Of a stretch of 44,221 nt of DNA, positions 8,451-18,712 are shown in pieces. Below the pieces are notes generated by a model. That model made no database searches, was not told the origin of the DNA, and was given only the letters and a program-made list of their open reading frames with translations. The position numbers and the translations under genes are program-made. Position 1 is the stretch's first letter; each line of letters begins with the position of its first letter. Origin of the DNA: Nitrososphaerales archaeon (GTDB lineage: Archaea > Thermoproteota > Nitrososphaeria > Conexivisphaerales > Conexivisphaeraceae); contig JAGDXL010000015.1 of the NCBI GenBank assembly GCA_023256385.1, positions 9,685 to 53,905 of the forward strand, written 5' to 3'.

Positions 8451-11400
8451 TGTCCTCCATGATGTTCGAGGCCCCGAAGGTGGTCCGGGCCATAAAGTTC
8501 GGCGTTTTCCTGCCGACCGAGATAAGGAAGTACTCGGTCGTCGAGATAACTATACCAGAGACCTACGACGAGGACGGCCTCCCGATACCGGGCGGCCTCA
8601 TGGATAACAGGCTGGGCGTCCTCGAGCCAGGCCAGGTCTGCGGCACCTGCGGGAATCCCGCGCCGGAGTGCCCCGGCCACTTCGGTCACATAGAGCTTGC
8701 CGAGCCCGTGGTTCACGCGTCGTTTGCGGACGACATAAAACAGCTCCTCACAGTCACCTGCAGGTCGTGCGGTCGCCTCCTGATCCCGGAGGCAGAAATA
8801 GAGGCCTACAGGAAGGAGCTGGAGGAGAACGCCCCGTACAAGCCGGATCTGGGCGAGAAGATAGCTAAGGAGATCTACGCGAAGGCCAGGAAGGCCAAGA
8901 TATGCCCTCACTGCGGCGCGAAGAAGCTCGAGGTTGAGTTCACGAGACCCCATATATTCCACGAGATAATGGAGGATGGAAGCGCGGTGAGGCTAACTCC
9001 TGCAGTCATAAGGGAGCGCCTCGAGAAGATAACCGACGACGATTATCGCCTCTTGGGCTACGACCCGAGCTCCGCCCGGCCCGAGTGGTTCGTGCTGCAG
9101 GTGCTTCCCGTGCCGCCCGTCTCCATGAGGCCCTCGATAACCCTCGAGAGCGGAGTGAGGTCGGAGGACGACCTCACGCACAAGCTGGTCGACATAGTGA
9201 GGACCAATGCACGCGTGAAGGAGGCCAAGGAGTCCGGCTCTCCACCGCTCATCATGCAGGATCTGATGGACCTACTCCAGTATCACGTGACCACCTACTT
9301 CGACAACGAGGCATCCAGCATACCTCCAGCCCATCACAGGTCAGGGCGCCCCCTCAAGACGCTCTCCCAGAGGCTCAAGGGCAAGGAGGGCCGCTTCAGG
9401 GGAAGCCTGTCCGGCAAGCGCGTGGACTTCTCAGCTAGGACCGTTATATCGCCCGATCCGAGCATGGATATATCCGAGGTGGGCGTGCCGGTCGAGGTGG
9501 CGAAGAAGCTGACCGTTCCCGAGCGCGTCACTCCGTGGAACATAGAGTTCCTTAGGGAACTCGTGAGGAACGGTCCCGGGAAGTATCCGGGCGCGAACTA
9601 CATAGTGAGGCCGGACGGCGTCAAGATAAGGCTGGAATTCGTCCCCGACAGGGATGCCTACGCCAGCTCCCTCGAGGTCGGGTACGTCGTCGAGCGTCAC
9701 CTGATGAACGGCGACGTCGTTCTGTTCAACCGGCAGCCGTCGCTCCACCGCATGTCCATAATGGCGCACTACGTCCGCGTGCTCCCCTACCGCACGTTCC
9801 GCCTGCATCCTGCTGTCTGCCCGCCCTACAACGCGGACTTCGACGGGGACGAGATGAACCTGCACGTGCCCCAGGGCGAGGAGGCGCGCTCGGAGGCGCA
9901 CGAGCTCATGAGCGTGCAGGGGCAGATAATATCGCCCAGGTATGGCGGCCCCATAATAGGCGCGATAAGGGATTACCTGTCCGCAGGATATCTTCTCACG
10001 AAGGACGACACGCTGCTGGATCCGCAGACCTTCGCATACCTCGCATACGAGGGAGGTTACACGGGTCCCCTCCCGGAGCCCGCGGTGAGGGACCCCACGC
10101 CGATGTACAGCGGGAAGCAGTTGTTCTCGCTCTTCCTCCCGCGCGGGTTCAACTACGTGCTGACTTCCAGGTGGGCCAAGAGCATGAGAAAGAGGCGCGA
10201 TGTGGTCATCAGGGACGGCCAGCTAGTATCCGGGATAATCGATAAGGCGTCGATAGGGGCGGAGGAGCCCGACAGTCTACTCCACAGGATAGTGAAGGAC
10301 TACGGGAACGAGGAGGCCAGGAGGTTCCTCAACTCGGTGCTCAAGGTCCTGAAGGAGTACATAACTGACAGGGGGTTCAGCTACGGATACGACGACCTAG
10401 AGATACCCGCGGACGTCAAGGCGCAGATAAAGGAGGCGGTGGACGATGCGTACCAGAAGATACAGCAATACGTCGACGATTATATGAACGGGCGCATGAC
10501 GCCCGTCAGGGGGCTCAGGCTCGAGGACGTGCTGGAGCAGAAGATAATGGACGCGTTGGGCGAGGCCAGGGATCGCGCTGGGGAGCTCTTGGAGCGCGTG
10601 CTCCCCAGCAACAACCCGGGCGTCATAATGAGCAGGACCGGCGCGCGCGGCAGCTCGCTGAACTTGGGGCAGATGATGGCACTCCTGGGCCAGCAGGCGG
10701 TCAGGGGCAAGAGGATAAAGCGCGGATATAGGCACAGGCCGCTTCCTCACTTCAAGGAGGGGGAGCCCAGCCCCGACGCCTACGGCTTCGTGAAGTCCAG
10801 TTTCAGGGACGGACTGACGCCGATAGAGTTCTTCTATCACTCCATGGCTGGAAGGGAGGGTCTGGTGGACACCGCGGTCAGGACCCAGCAGAGCGGTTAC
10901 ATGCAGCGCAGGCTCGTGAACGCGATGGAGCATCTGAGGGTCGAGTATGATTACACCGTGCGTGATCCCGAGGGCAATATAATCCAGTTCACGTACGGTG
11001 AGGACGGGATAGACCCGGCAAAGAGCGATCACGGGGAGGCCGTGAACCTGGATCGCCTCGCTGACACGATAATGCTGAACGATGACCCGAGCGAGCCCAG
11101 GGCGACGCCGGACGAGAAGGCCTCCATACTTTCAAAGTACGAAGGGGACCTCAATGATCACGTGCGCGACAAGCTAAGATCAGTTCTCATGTCCAGGGAG
11201 ATGAGCGTCAAATCCGCGGAGGCCATATGCTCCCGCGCGATCCAGATGATCGACGCCGCCAAGATAGAGCCCGGGGAGGCCGCCGGGATCGTCTCCGCGC
11301 AATCCATAGGCGAGCCGGGAACCCAGATGACCCTCAGGACGTTCCACTTCGCCGGCGTGAAGGAGAAGGATGTGACGCTTGGATTGCCCAGGCTCATAGA

Positions 11401-12265
11401 GCTCGTAGACGCCAGAAAGCAGCCGAGCACCCCGGTGATGGAGATATATCTGGACGAGGAGCACAGGCGCGACAGGGACAAGGCGCTGGAGGTGGCGCGC
11501 GAGATACTGTTCACGCGCGTCGGGGATATAGCGTCGAGCGTGGAGATTGATTACTCGACGGGATCCGTCGTGATATCGCTCAACAGGGGGCTCCTGGAGG
11601 ACAGAGGCTGCACGGTGGAGGAGGTAGCGAAGGCCCTCAGCGTGGGCAAGCGCAAGGTCGAATACGATTCTGATTCAGCCACGATATCCGTCTCGCTCGA
11701 GAGCTTCGACATAACATCCCTCTATAGCCTCCGTGACAAGGTGTTGAGGACGCGCGTGAAGGGAATAGCTGGAATAAATCGCGTGAGCTTGGAGGAGAGG
11801 GACGGCGAGTGGGTGATAGTGACCTCCGGATCCGATCTCAGGAAGGTCTTCCAGATACCCGGCGTGGATCCCACTAGGACGAGGACGAACAGCATAAACG
11901 AGATAGCGATGGTCCTGGGGATAGAGGCCGCCAGACAGGCATTGATAGAGGAGATGCTGAGCACGCTTGAGGAACAGGGACTGGAGGTCGACGTGAGACA
12001 TATAATGCTGGTGGCGGATCTAATGACCCACAAGGGCATAGTGCAGCAGGTGGGCAGGCACGGGGTCGCGGGCACAAAGGCCAGCATACTGGCTAGGGCC
12101 GCATTCGAGATAACCGTGCCGACGCTGGCGGAGGCTGCTGCCAAGGGCGAGACCGACGAGCTCAGAGGTGTGACCGAGAACGTTATAGTGGGCGGGATAA
12201 TCCCCGTTGGCACGGGAATGGTCGACCTATATATGAGTTCGGCCGGGGAGGGTGATGTGCAATGA
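8450..12265 (+). CDS. rpoA: RNA polymerase subunit Rpo1, A' and A'' fused in one polypeptide
   Basis: CPGHFGHIEL, catalytic NADFDGD, GREGLVDTAVRT, then A''-type SIGEPGTQMTLRTFH and GVTENVIVG in the same 1271-aa frame. Confidence 0.98.
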   Translation: MSSMMFEAPKVVRAIKFGVFLPTEIRKYSVVEITIPETYDEDGLPIPGGLMDNRLGVLEPGQVCGTCGNPAPECPGHFGHIELAEPVVHASFADDIKQLLTVTCRSCGRLLIPEAEIEAYRKELEENAPYKPDLGEKIAKEIYAKARKAKICPHCGAKKLEVEFTRPHIFHEIMEDGSAVRLTPAVIRERLEKITDDDYRLLGYDPSSARPEWFVLQVLPVPPVSMRPSITLESGVRSEDDLTHKLVDIVRTNARVKEAKESGSPPLIMQDLMDLLQYHVTTYFDNEASSIPPAHHRSGRPLKTLSQRLKGKEGRFRGSLSGKRVDFSARTVISPDPSMDISEVGVPVEVAKKLTVPERVTPWNIEFLRELVRNGPGKYPGANYIVRPDGVKIRLEFVPDRDAYASSLEVGYVVERHLMNGDVVLFNRQPSLHRMSIMAHYVRVLPYRTFRLHPAVCPPYNADFDGDEMNLHVPQGEEARSEAHELMSVQGQIISPRYGGPIIGAIRDYLSAGYLLTKDDTLLDPQTFAYLAYEGGYTGPLPEPAVRDPTPMYSGKQLFSLFLPRGFNYVLTSRWAKSMRKRRDVVIRDGQLVSGIIDKASIGAEEPDSLLHRIVKDYGNEEARRFLNSVLKVLKEYITDRGFSYGYDDLEIPADVKAQIKEAVDDAYQKIQQYVDDYMNGRMTPVRGLRLEDVLEQKIMDALGEARDRAGELLERVLPSNNPGVIMSRTGARGSSLNLGQMMALLGQQAVRGKRIKRGYRHRPLPHFKEGEPSPDAYGFVKSSFRDGLTPIEFFYHSMAGREGLVDTAVRTQQSGYMQRRLVNAMEHLRVEYDYTVRDPEGNIIQFTYGEDGIDPAKSDHGEAVNLDRLADTIMLNDDPSEPRATPDEKASILSKYEGDLNDHVRDKLRSVLMSREMSVKSAEAICSRAIQMIDAAKIEPGEAAGIVSAQSIGEPGTQMTLRTFHFAGVKEKDVTLGLPRLIELVDARKQPSTPVMEIYLDEEHRRDRDKALEVAREILFTRVGDIASSVEIDYSTGSVVISLNRGLLEDRGCTVEEVAKALSVGKRKVEYDSDSATISVSLESFDITSLYSLRDKVLRTRVKGIAGINRVSLEERDGEWVIVTSGSDLRKVFQIPGVDPTRTRTNSINEIAMVLGIEAARQALIEEMLSTLEEQGLEVDVRHIMLVADLMTHKGIVQQVGRHGVAGTKASILARAAFEITVPTLAEAAAKGETDELRGVTENVIVGGIIPVGTGMVDLYMSSAGEGDVQ

Positions 12266-12630
12266 AGGATTACATAAGGAGCCTATCCGACTTCATGCAG
12301 GTGGTCAGGAGAACTGGCAGCGCCGAGTACGGCCTGCGCAGCGTGAAGAAGCACGCGGGTTCGGCGAAACTGATCATAGCGTCGAACGACCTGAGCCAGA
12401 AGGAGATATCGGATCTGGAGGAGACTGTCAAGAGCACCAGGGCAGTCCTGATAAAGCTCAGGGACATTGCCCCGGCCGAACTGGGAAGGGCCGTGGGTAG
12501 ACAGCATCCGGTCAGGGCGCTTGCCATAATATCACTGGGGGACGCTGACCTGGAGAAGTTCCTGGAGTCCGTGAAGGACCTCGAGGAGTCTGGAGCGCTG
12601 AGCGTGGCCCGCTCCGCCAGGAGGAGGTGA
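12262..12630 (+). CDS. rpl30e: 50S ribosomal protein L30e
   Basis: TG...G...K.....AKLIIASN and ELGRAVG...V.ALAII..GD pattern. Canonical position between rpoA and nusA. Confidence 0.85.
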   Translation: MKDYIRSLSDFMQVVRRTGSAEYGLRSVKKHAGSAKLIIASNDLSQKEISDLEETVKSTRAVLIKLRDIAPAELGRAVGRQHPVRALAIISLGDADLEKFLESVKDLEESGALSVARSARRR

Positions 12631-12637
12631 CTCGGCC

Positions 12638-13072
12638 TTGACCAAGGACGATATAATATTGACCGAGAATGAGCTGAGGCTGATGTCGTTGTTCTCTACA
12701 CTTACTGGTATATCACCAAGGGACTGCGTCATAGACGATAGATTCGACAGGCTGATATTCGTGATAGATGAGGGCGCCGATGTCCCAAGGGATAGGATAG
12801 CCAGGGAGGCGCTGGGATATCTCAGGAAGAAGGTCAACAGGGACGTAGAGATAGTGGAGTATTCGGACGACCCGGTCAAGCTGATAAAGAACGCCCTGGG
12901 GCGCGGGGTTACGGACGTCAAGATAATACCGCGCGGCGACTCAAAGGTGGCGATAGTCACGGCGGATCCTAGGGAGAAGGGCCGCGTGGTGGGCAAGCAG
13001 GGCAGGAATGCGGAGAGGGCCAGGCTATTGGCGAAGAGATACCATGGAATAGACCGCATACAGGTCTCCTGA
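12638..13072 (+). CDS. nusA: Archaeal NusA (KH-domain transcription factor)
   Basis: DCVID, VEIVEYSDD..LIKN and KGRVVGKQGRNAERARLLAKRYH. Canonical position. Confidence 0.93.
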   Translation: MTKDDIILTENELRLMSLFSTLTGISPRDCVIDDRFDRLIFVIDEGADVPRDRIAREALGYLRKKVNRDVEIVEYSDDPVKLIKNALGRGVTDVKIIPRGDSKVAIVTADPREKGRVVGKQGRNAERARLLAKRYHGIDRIQVS

Positions 13073-13121
13073 TGCAGCACGGCTGAAAGGCTTTTATCCC
13101 GGTTGAAACGTCGGTGTGGTC

Positions 13122-13562
13122 ATGGGTGATAAGTCGCCGCTGGGCGAGTTCGCCGCCCGGAAGCTGCGCATGAGGAGAAAGCGCTTCAGGTGGTCCGACA
13201 GCGACTACAAGAGGCGCGTACTTAGGCTGGACGAGAAGTTCGACCCCATGGAGGGCGCTCCCCAGGCGCGCGGCATAGTTCTGGAGAAGGTAGGTGTGGA
13301 GTCCAGGCAGCCTAACTCAGCCATACGCAAGTGCGTTCGCGTGCAGCTAGTTAAGAACGGCAAGACGGTTACGGCGTTCGTCCCCGGGGATGGCGGACTT
13401 AACTTCATAGACGAGCACGACGAAGTGATTATAGAGGGCATAGGTGGATCGCAGGGTCGCTCGATGGGAGATATCCCAGGCGTTAAATACCAGGTCTCAA
13501 TGGTCAACGGCGTGTCGCTCAAGATGTTGCTGCTGGGCAAGAAGGAGAAGCCGAGAAGGTGA
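13122..13562 (+). CDS. rps12: 30S ribosomal protein S12 (uS12)
   Basis: [20 protein letters not shown] and GDIPGVKY. Confidence 0.98.
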   Translation: MGDKSPLGEFAARKLRMRRKRFRWSDSDYKRRVLRLDEKFDPMEGAPQARGIVLEKVGVESRQPNSAIRKCVRVQLVKNGKTVTAFVPGDGGLNFIDEHDEVIIEGIGGSQGRSMGDIPGVKYQVSMVNGVSLKMLLLGKKEKPRR

Positions 13563-13567
13563 TTGCT

Positions 13568-14179
13568 ATGTCGAAGAAACCCCGCGAGGAGCCCAAGATA
13601 CTCCTGTTCGGCAAGTGGAGCTTTGATGACGTCGAGGTGAAGGATCCCGGGCTGAAGAAGGTCATAGGCATGAGGCCCGTCTACGTGCCGCATACCTTTG
13701 GAAGGCACGAGCATCGGCGCTTTGGGAAGCTCGATGTCAACATAGTTGAGAGGCTCGTCAACCAAATGATGCACTTCGGCAGGAAGTACTGGAAGAACAC
13801 TGGCAGAATGGGCGGTAAGAAGCACCACGCAATAAACGTGGTGAGCACGGCCTTTGACATAATCAACCTGAAGACCGGAAAGAATCCGGTGGAGGTGCTC
13901 GTGCGGGCGATAGAGAACGCTTCACCAAACGAGGACGTGACCAGGATAACCTACGGAGGTGTCACCTATCACGTGAGCGTTGACGTATCGCCATCTAGGC
14001 GCATTGACATAGCTCTGCGCAACATAGCGATGGGCGCTAGGGAGTCTGCCTTCTCCCATCCGAGGACAATAGAGGAATGCCTTGCTGACGAGATAATTGC
14101 TGCCGCAAACGGCGACACCAGTAGCTTCGCCATAAAGGCGAAGATAGAGATGGAACGTGTAGCCGCCGCGTCTAGGTGA
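13568..14179 (+). CDS. rps7: 30S ribosomal protein S7 (uS7)
   Basis: [29 protein letters not shown] and C-terminal ERVAAASR. Confidence 0.98.
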   Translation: MSKKPREEPKILLFGKWSFDDVEVKDPGLKKVIGMRPVYVPHTFGRHEHRRFGKLDVNIVERLVNQMMHFGRKYWKNTGRMGGKKHHAINVVSTAFDIINLKTGKNPVEVLVRAIENASPNEDVTRITYGGVTYHVSVDVSPSRRIDIALRNIAMGARESAFSHPRTIEECLADEIIAAANGDTSSFAIKAKIEMERVAAASR

Positions 14180-14342
14180 TACATATTAGGCATTCGCATC
14201 GATCTTCAGAATTCCTGTGTTACATAACAGTCACTTACACTGCATCATTTATCCACGGAATATCCTACGGGCGACGTTCGCGCACTTGCTGCCAACCTAA
14301 ATCCTTAAATATAGAGGGAGCTGCGAAAAGCGGCGGAGAGCT

Positions 14343-15674
14343 ATGTCCGAGAGGCAGAAACCGTCTAAACCGCACCTCAACCTAGTCGTGGTAGGACACG
14401 TGGACCATGGAAAGTCCACCCTTACTGGTCACCTTCTCTACCGCCTTGGAAAGGTGGATCAGAGGACCATAGAGGAGTACGCAAAGATGTCGGAGAAGAT
14501 GGGCGTCGGCGATACATTCAAGTTCGCTTGGGTCCTCGACAGGCTCAAGGAGGAGAGGGAGAGGGGAATCACTATAGATCTGGCGTTCCAGGACTTCGAG
14601 ACAAAGAGGTACTACTGGACACTGATAGATGCGCCCGGGCATAGGGACTTCGTGAAGAACATGATCACCGGCGCCAGCCAGGCCGATGGTGCCATACTGG
14701 TAATATCCGCCAGATCCGGTGAGACAGAGTCCGCCCTGTCGGATGAGGGTCAAGCAAGGGAACACGCATTCCTTCTGAAGACGCTCGGCGTCAATCAGCT
14801 GGTGGTCGCGATAAACAAGATGGACGCCACGACTCCACCCTACGATCAGAAGCGCTATGAGGAGGTCAAGAACGAGGTCTCTAAGCTGCTGAAACTCGTC
14901 GGCTACAAGGTGGAGAAGATCAACTTTGTGCCGGTCTCGGGGTGGAAGGGCGATAATCTGTTAGAGCCCTCGCCCAACATGCCATGGTACAAGGGCAAGA
15001 CGCTCGTCGAGGCGCTGGATGAGTTCGAGGAGCCACCGAAGCCGACCGACAAACCGCTCAGGATACCCGTCCAAGACGTGTACTCAATCACCGGCGTAGG
15101 CACGGTCCCTGTGGGCAGGGTGGAGACCGGTACCCTCAAGGTCGGCGATACAATAGTGGTGATGCCCTCAGGCGCGGTCGGGGAAGTGAAGTCCATAGAG
15201 ACTCATCATACACCGATACAGGAGGCGCTCCCGGGCGACAACATTGGCTTCAACATAAGAGGGGTGTCCAAGGAGGATGTCAAGCGCGGCTATGTGATAG
15301 GGCACCTGGACAATCCACCCACCGTCGTGAAGGAGTTCCTGGCGCGCATAATTGTAGTGTTCCATCCAACGGCAATGGCCGCCGGCTACACGCCCGTGCT
15401 TCACGCGCACACAGCGCAGATACCGGCGCAGGTGGTCGAGCTTGTTCAGAAGCTTGATCCACGCACCGGCCAAGTGACTGAGGAGAACCCGAAGAGCCTC
15501 AAGACCGGCGATGCCGCGGTGATCAAGGTGAGGCCACTGAAGCCGCTCAGCATTGAGGAATATAAGAGTATTCCGCAGCTCGGAAGATTTGCATTGAGGG
15601 ATTCGGGCAGGACGATAGCGGCCGGCGTGGTAGAGAAGATAACGGAAGTCCAGGAAGTCAAGATAAAGAAGTGA
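14343..15674 (+). CDS. tuf: Translation elongation factor EF-1alpha
   Basis: GHVDHGKST, ERERGITID, DAPGHRDFVKNMITG, NKMD and GRFALRD. Own TATA near 14306. Confidence 0.99.
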   Translation: MSERQKPSKPHLNLVVVGHVDHGKSTLTGHLLYRLGKVDQRTIEEYAKMSEKMGVGDTFKFAWVLDRLKEERERGITIDLAFQDFETKRYYWTLIDAPGHRDFVKNMITGASQADGAILVISARSGETESALSDEGQAREHAFLLKTLGVNQLVVAINKMDATTPPYDQKRYEEVKNEVSKLLKLVGYKVEKINFVPVSGWKGDNLLEPSPNMPWYKGKTLVEALDEFEEPPKPTDKPLRIPVQDVYSITGVGTVPVGRVETGTLKVGDTIVVMPSGAVGEVKSIETHHTPIQEALPGDNIGFNIRGVSKEDVKRGYVIGHLDNPPTVVKEFLARIIVVFHPTAMAAGYTPVLHAHTAQIPAQVVELVQKLDPRTGQVTEENPKSLKTGDAAVIKVRPLKPLSIEEYKSIPQLGRFALRDSGRTIAAGVVEKITEVQEVKIKK

Positions 15675-15884
15675 CTCTGATAACATAAATTATTAAATAA
15701 ACCACATGTAACCTTACGCGCACGTCTTCTTTATACATCTACATAAGTAAAAACTATCTTACTCACTTTCCCGCTTCGTGGCGCTTTATGGGGAATTTCT
15801 AATAACACCGGTAGTTCCATGCCGATGGTCCACTGGGGGCTAACGTTTAATAGAAATTATTAAAATAAATTTATACTAATGATA

Positions 15885-16361
15885 TCACTGGGTCTCCTTT
15901 GCGAAGATCTCAGTGATCTCCCTGAAGCCCATCTTCCGGTAGAATCCTTCGGCTATCACGTTCTTGGCAGGGAACTCGGCAAATATCATCTCAGCGCCCT
16001 TGGACTTCAACAGTTTCTCGGCCTCCGCTATGAGCTTGTATCCCATGCCGCGCCTTCTGTACTCGGGCATCAGATAGACGTCTGCTATCTGTCCAACCAG
16101 GCGTGGCTTGTAGAAGCATCTATCGATAAGCTTCGCGGTAAGGACTCCCTGGACCTTCCCACCATCCTCCAGCACTAGAACCACCGAGTTGGAGTCCTTC
16201 ATCATACCCTGCAGATACTTCGCCACCTCGTTCTCCAGATCATCCACCGGCGTCAGGAGCGGATCGAACTCACCGTTCAGGCGCTTCAGCCTGGATACGA
16301 GATCCACCATCCTTTCAAGATCCTCGTTCTTCGCGGCCCTAATGGACGCAGAGTTCGTCAT
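15885..16361 (-). CDS. GNAT-family N-acetyltransferase
   Basis: VYLMPEYRRRGMG acetyl-CoA motif and N..AEGFYRKMGF. Starts 6 nt after the malic enzyme stop. Confidence 0.88.
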   Translation of the reverse strand: MTNSASIRAAKNEDLERMVDLVSRLKRLNGEFDPLLTPVDDLENEVAKYLQGMMKDSNSVVLVLEDGGKVQGVLTAKLIDRCFYKPRLVGQIADVYLMPEYRRRGMGYKLIAEAEKLLKSKGAEMIFAEFPAKNVIAEGFYRKMGFREITEIFAKETQ

Positions 16362-16367
16362 ATCAGG

Positions 16368-17696
16368 TCACTCCGCGGGCACTGGACTAATTAAGTTATT
16401 CTTGACGAGCGTCGCGAGGGTATCTCTGGAGAGCCTTATCATCTTGTAGGCGTGATCGTATATCTCGTCCTTCGAGAGCTTGATCCTCGCCAGCCCCATC
16501 TCGATTGCCTTGAGGCCCACGGCCGTCGCCACCCTGGGATACACCTCCCACTCCTCCATCGTCGGTATTATGTACTCCTCAGACAGTCCGCGTTCCTCCG
16601 CGAACTTCGCCAGCTCGAGCGCGGCTGTTATCACCATCTCATCTAAGATCTTCTTGGCCCTCACGTCCAGCGTCCCCCTGAAGACCGCGGGGAACACCAG
16701 GCTGTTGTTTATCTGGTTAGGGAAGTCACTCCTTCCGGTAGCCACTATTCTGGCGCCGGCCTCCTTAGCCTCCCACGGCCAAATCTCCGGCACCGGGTTG
16801 GCCTCAGCGAATACTATCGCGTCCTTCGCCATCTTCTTAACCTGCTCCTTCTTCACGACTCCCGGCCCAGGGGTCGACGCCGCTATCAGGACGTCCGCGC
16901 CCACGATCGCCTCGTCCAGCCCGCCGGCTACCTTCTCTCCATTGGTCTTCAGCGCCAGCTCGTACTTCCACGGATGGACAAGCTGCAGCTTGTCCATGTC
17001 CTCCCTCTCGGAGTAGAGAGCGCCCTTGCTGTCTATCAGTATTATCTTCTTCGGATCGCCGCCCGCCGCCATTATCAGCCTGGCGCCAGCTATGTTCGCC
17101 GCCCCCGCGCCGAACATCACTATCTTGACATCGCTCAGCTTCTTCCCCACAACTTTCAGTGCGTTCACGAGCCCTGCCAGTGTCGCCGCCGCCGTCCCCA
17201 ACTGATCGTCATGCCATACCGGTATGTCCAGCGTCTCGCGTAATCTGTCCAGCAGGTAGAAGCAGTCCGGCTGTGCTATGTCCTCCAAGTTTATTCCGCC
17301 GAACGCCGGCGACACGCGCTCCGCGACATCTGCGACTTCCTCCTTGGTCTTAGCGCGCACGACGAGCGGGAACGCGTCAACGCCCCCGAGGTACTTGAAG
17401 ATCATCGCCTTTCCCTCCATGACCGGCAGCGCCGCCTCGGGGCCGATGTTACCCAGCCCCAGCACTCTTGTGCCGTTGGTGATTATCGCTATCGTGTTCC
17501 ACCTGCTAGTGAGCTCGAAGCTCTTGTCGGGATCCTTAGCTATCGTGTTGGACACGCCGGCTACCCCAGGTGTGTACCAGATGGAGAAGTCGTCCAGCGA
17601 CCTCACCGGCACCTTCGGTATCACCTGTATCTTTCCGCCGTAGAACTTGCTGAGTGATATAGCCATATCATAATACTTCTCAGTTCTTTCACTCAT
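16368..17696 (-). CDS. maeB: NAD(P)-dependent malic enzyme (oxaloacetate-decarboxylating)
   Basis: YTPGVA, VLGLGNIG, PVMEGKA, GGINLEDI, VWHDDQLGT, GAGAA and TGRSDFPNQINN. ATG at 17696 preferred. Confidence 0.95.
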   Translation of the reverse strand: MSERTEKYYDMAISLSKFYGGKIQVIPKVPVRSLDDFSIWYTPGVAGVSNTIAKDPDKSFELTSRWNTIAIITNGTRVLGLGNIGPEAALPVMEGKAMIFKYLGGVDAFPLVVRAKTKEEVADVAERVSPAFGGINLEDIAQPDCFYLLDRLRETLDIPVWHDDQLGTAAATLAGLVNALKVVGKKLSDVKIVMFGAGAANIAGARLIMAAGGDPKKIILIDSKGALYSEREDMDKLQLVHPWKYELALKTNGEKVAGGLDEAIVGADVLIAASTPGPGVVKKEQVKKMAKDAIVFAEANPVPEIWPWEAKEAGARIVATGRSDFPNQINNSLVFPAVFRGTLDVRAKKILDEMVITAALELAKFAEERGLSEEYIIPTMEEWEVYPRVATAVGLKAIEMGLARIKLSKDEIYDHAYKMIRLSRDTLATLVKNNLISPVPAE

Positions 17697-17773
17697 CGTT
17701 CGGGGGTTCCCAGGACTTATTTTTACGTTTACCGTCTCAAAATTGCTTCGTTCATCGACTAATCTATATATCA

Positions 17774-17850
17774 TGGCGGGCCCGACGGGATTCGAACCCG
17801 CGGCCGACCGGTTAAGAGCCGGTCGCTCTACCTGGCTGAGCTACGGGCCC
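17774..17850 (-). tRNA. tRNA-Lys (anticodon CTT), intronless, CCA encoded
   Basis: Reverse complement is GGGCCCGTAGCTCAGCCAGGTAGAGCGACCGGCTCTTAACCGGTCGGCCGCGGGTTCGAATCCCGTCGGGCCCGCCA. It folds as a cloverleaf with anticodon loop CT-CTT-AA; TATA near 17874-17880. Confidence 0.97.
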
Positions 17851-18156
17851 CTGATGACCCAGATGCGAGCGTTATTTAAGTTTGACCGCTACAGTGAACC
17901 TGTGACAGGCGATGGGGTCCACTGCCGCCCGATGCATCGGCATGCGCCGGGCCCGCACTGTACATGAGCTTGCGGGGGATAATCTGTCTTCGACCATGGA
18001 CGAGCCCGACCATAGACACGCCTTCACGGCTTAAGTGTAATGCGGGCTAAGGAATTGGAGCTCAAAGGTCCAAAATATGGTTATTACACGAACCGAATAT
18101 CGCACGAACCCGCTGTAATATCTAAAGACATTTCCAATCTAATTAGCCAATGATGT

Positions 18157-18432
18157 TCACGCGCCCGAGAGCAGGCTGACCCTCACTACGTCGAGCTCGC
18201 CTATTCCTTCAACCGATGACAGCGTCTGCTCAATATCGTACGTTCCGCCCTCCCTCTCATCCATGACCAAGTCGACTATCAGTGCGCTCAGCCCGAATGC
18301 TATGGGCTCCTCGACCGTCCTGATGACATCGGCAATTCCCTTAAGTGTGGCAGATATGCGACTAGCCAGCTCCTTCAGATCCACGGAAGTCTCGGTCGGA
18401 AGGATCCTTATCCTGATGAGGACCTTGGACAT
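18157..18432 (-). CDS. ef1b: Translation elongation factor EF-1beta
   Basis: MSKVLIRIRILP...EEPIAFGLSAL...EGGT..IE...VEGI signature. Confidence 0.92.
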   Translation of the reverse strand: MSKVLIRIRILPTETSVDLKELASRISATLKGIADVIRTVEEPIAFGLSALIVDLVMDEREGGTYDIEQTLSSVEGIGELDVVRVSLLSGA

Positions 18433-18452
18433 CTTGCACCACTCCCAAACTC

Positions 18453-18653
18453 CTATGGTCCCTCGAATCCGCAGTGCGGGCACTTGTACTTTATCGCGCC
18501 TTTCCTGCACTTGCTGCATCTCCAGATGAGTACTTGGCCGCACTGGGGGCAGTAAAAGCTGGTCGCGCTGTCGCCCGGGAGTATCGGCTTGTGGCAGGAC
18601 GTACAACGAGGCGGCTTATAGGTCGCCTTCACGCTGTCTATTAACTCGCTCAA
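18453..18653 (-). CDS. Zn-ribbon RNA-binding protein (DUF1610/HVO_2753-like)
   Basis: Four CxxC pairs ending CPHCGFEGP. Conserved upstream neighbour of EF-1beta; SD GGAGGT before TTG 18653. Confidence 0.9.
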   Translation of the reverse strand: MSELIDSVKATYKPPRCTSCHKPILPGDSATSFYCPQCGQVLIWRCSKCRKGAIKYKCPHCGFEGP

Positions 18654-18712
18654 TCCGCTATGACCTCCGTTAACGGAGGGAGCCTCCGCTGGACCTATAA
18701 ATGCATTTCCCA

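Noticed and set aside
8450-12265. Fused RpoA'/A'' as a novelty
   Set aside because: An unsplit Rpo1 is the known state in Nitrososphaerota; useful only as a taxonomic marker. No intein-sized insertion was seen.
17851-18156. Possible structured RNA or integration site beside tRNA-Lys (TACAGTG/CACTGTA arms, CCGATGCATCGG palindrome)
   Set aside because: The stems are short and expected by chance. There is no duplicated tRNA end, integrase or box motif set.
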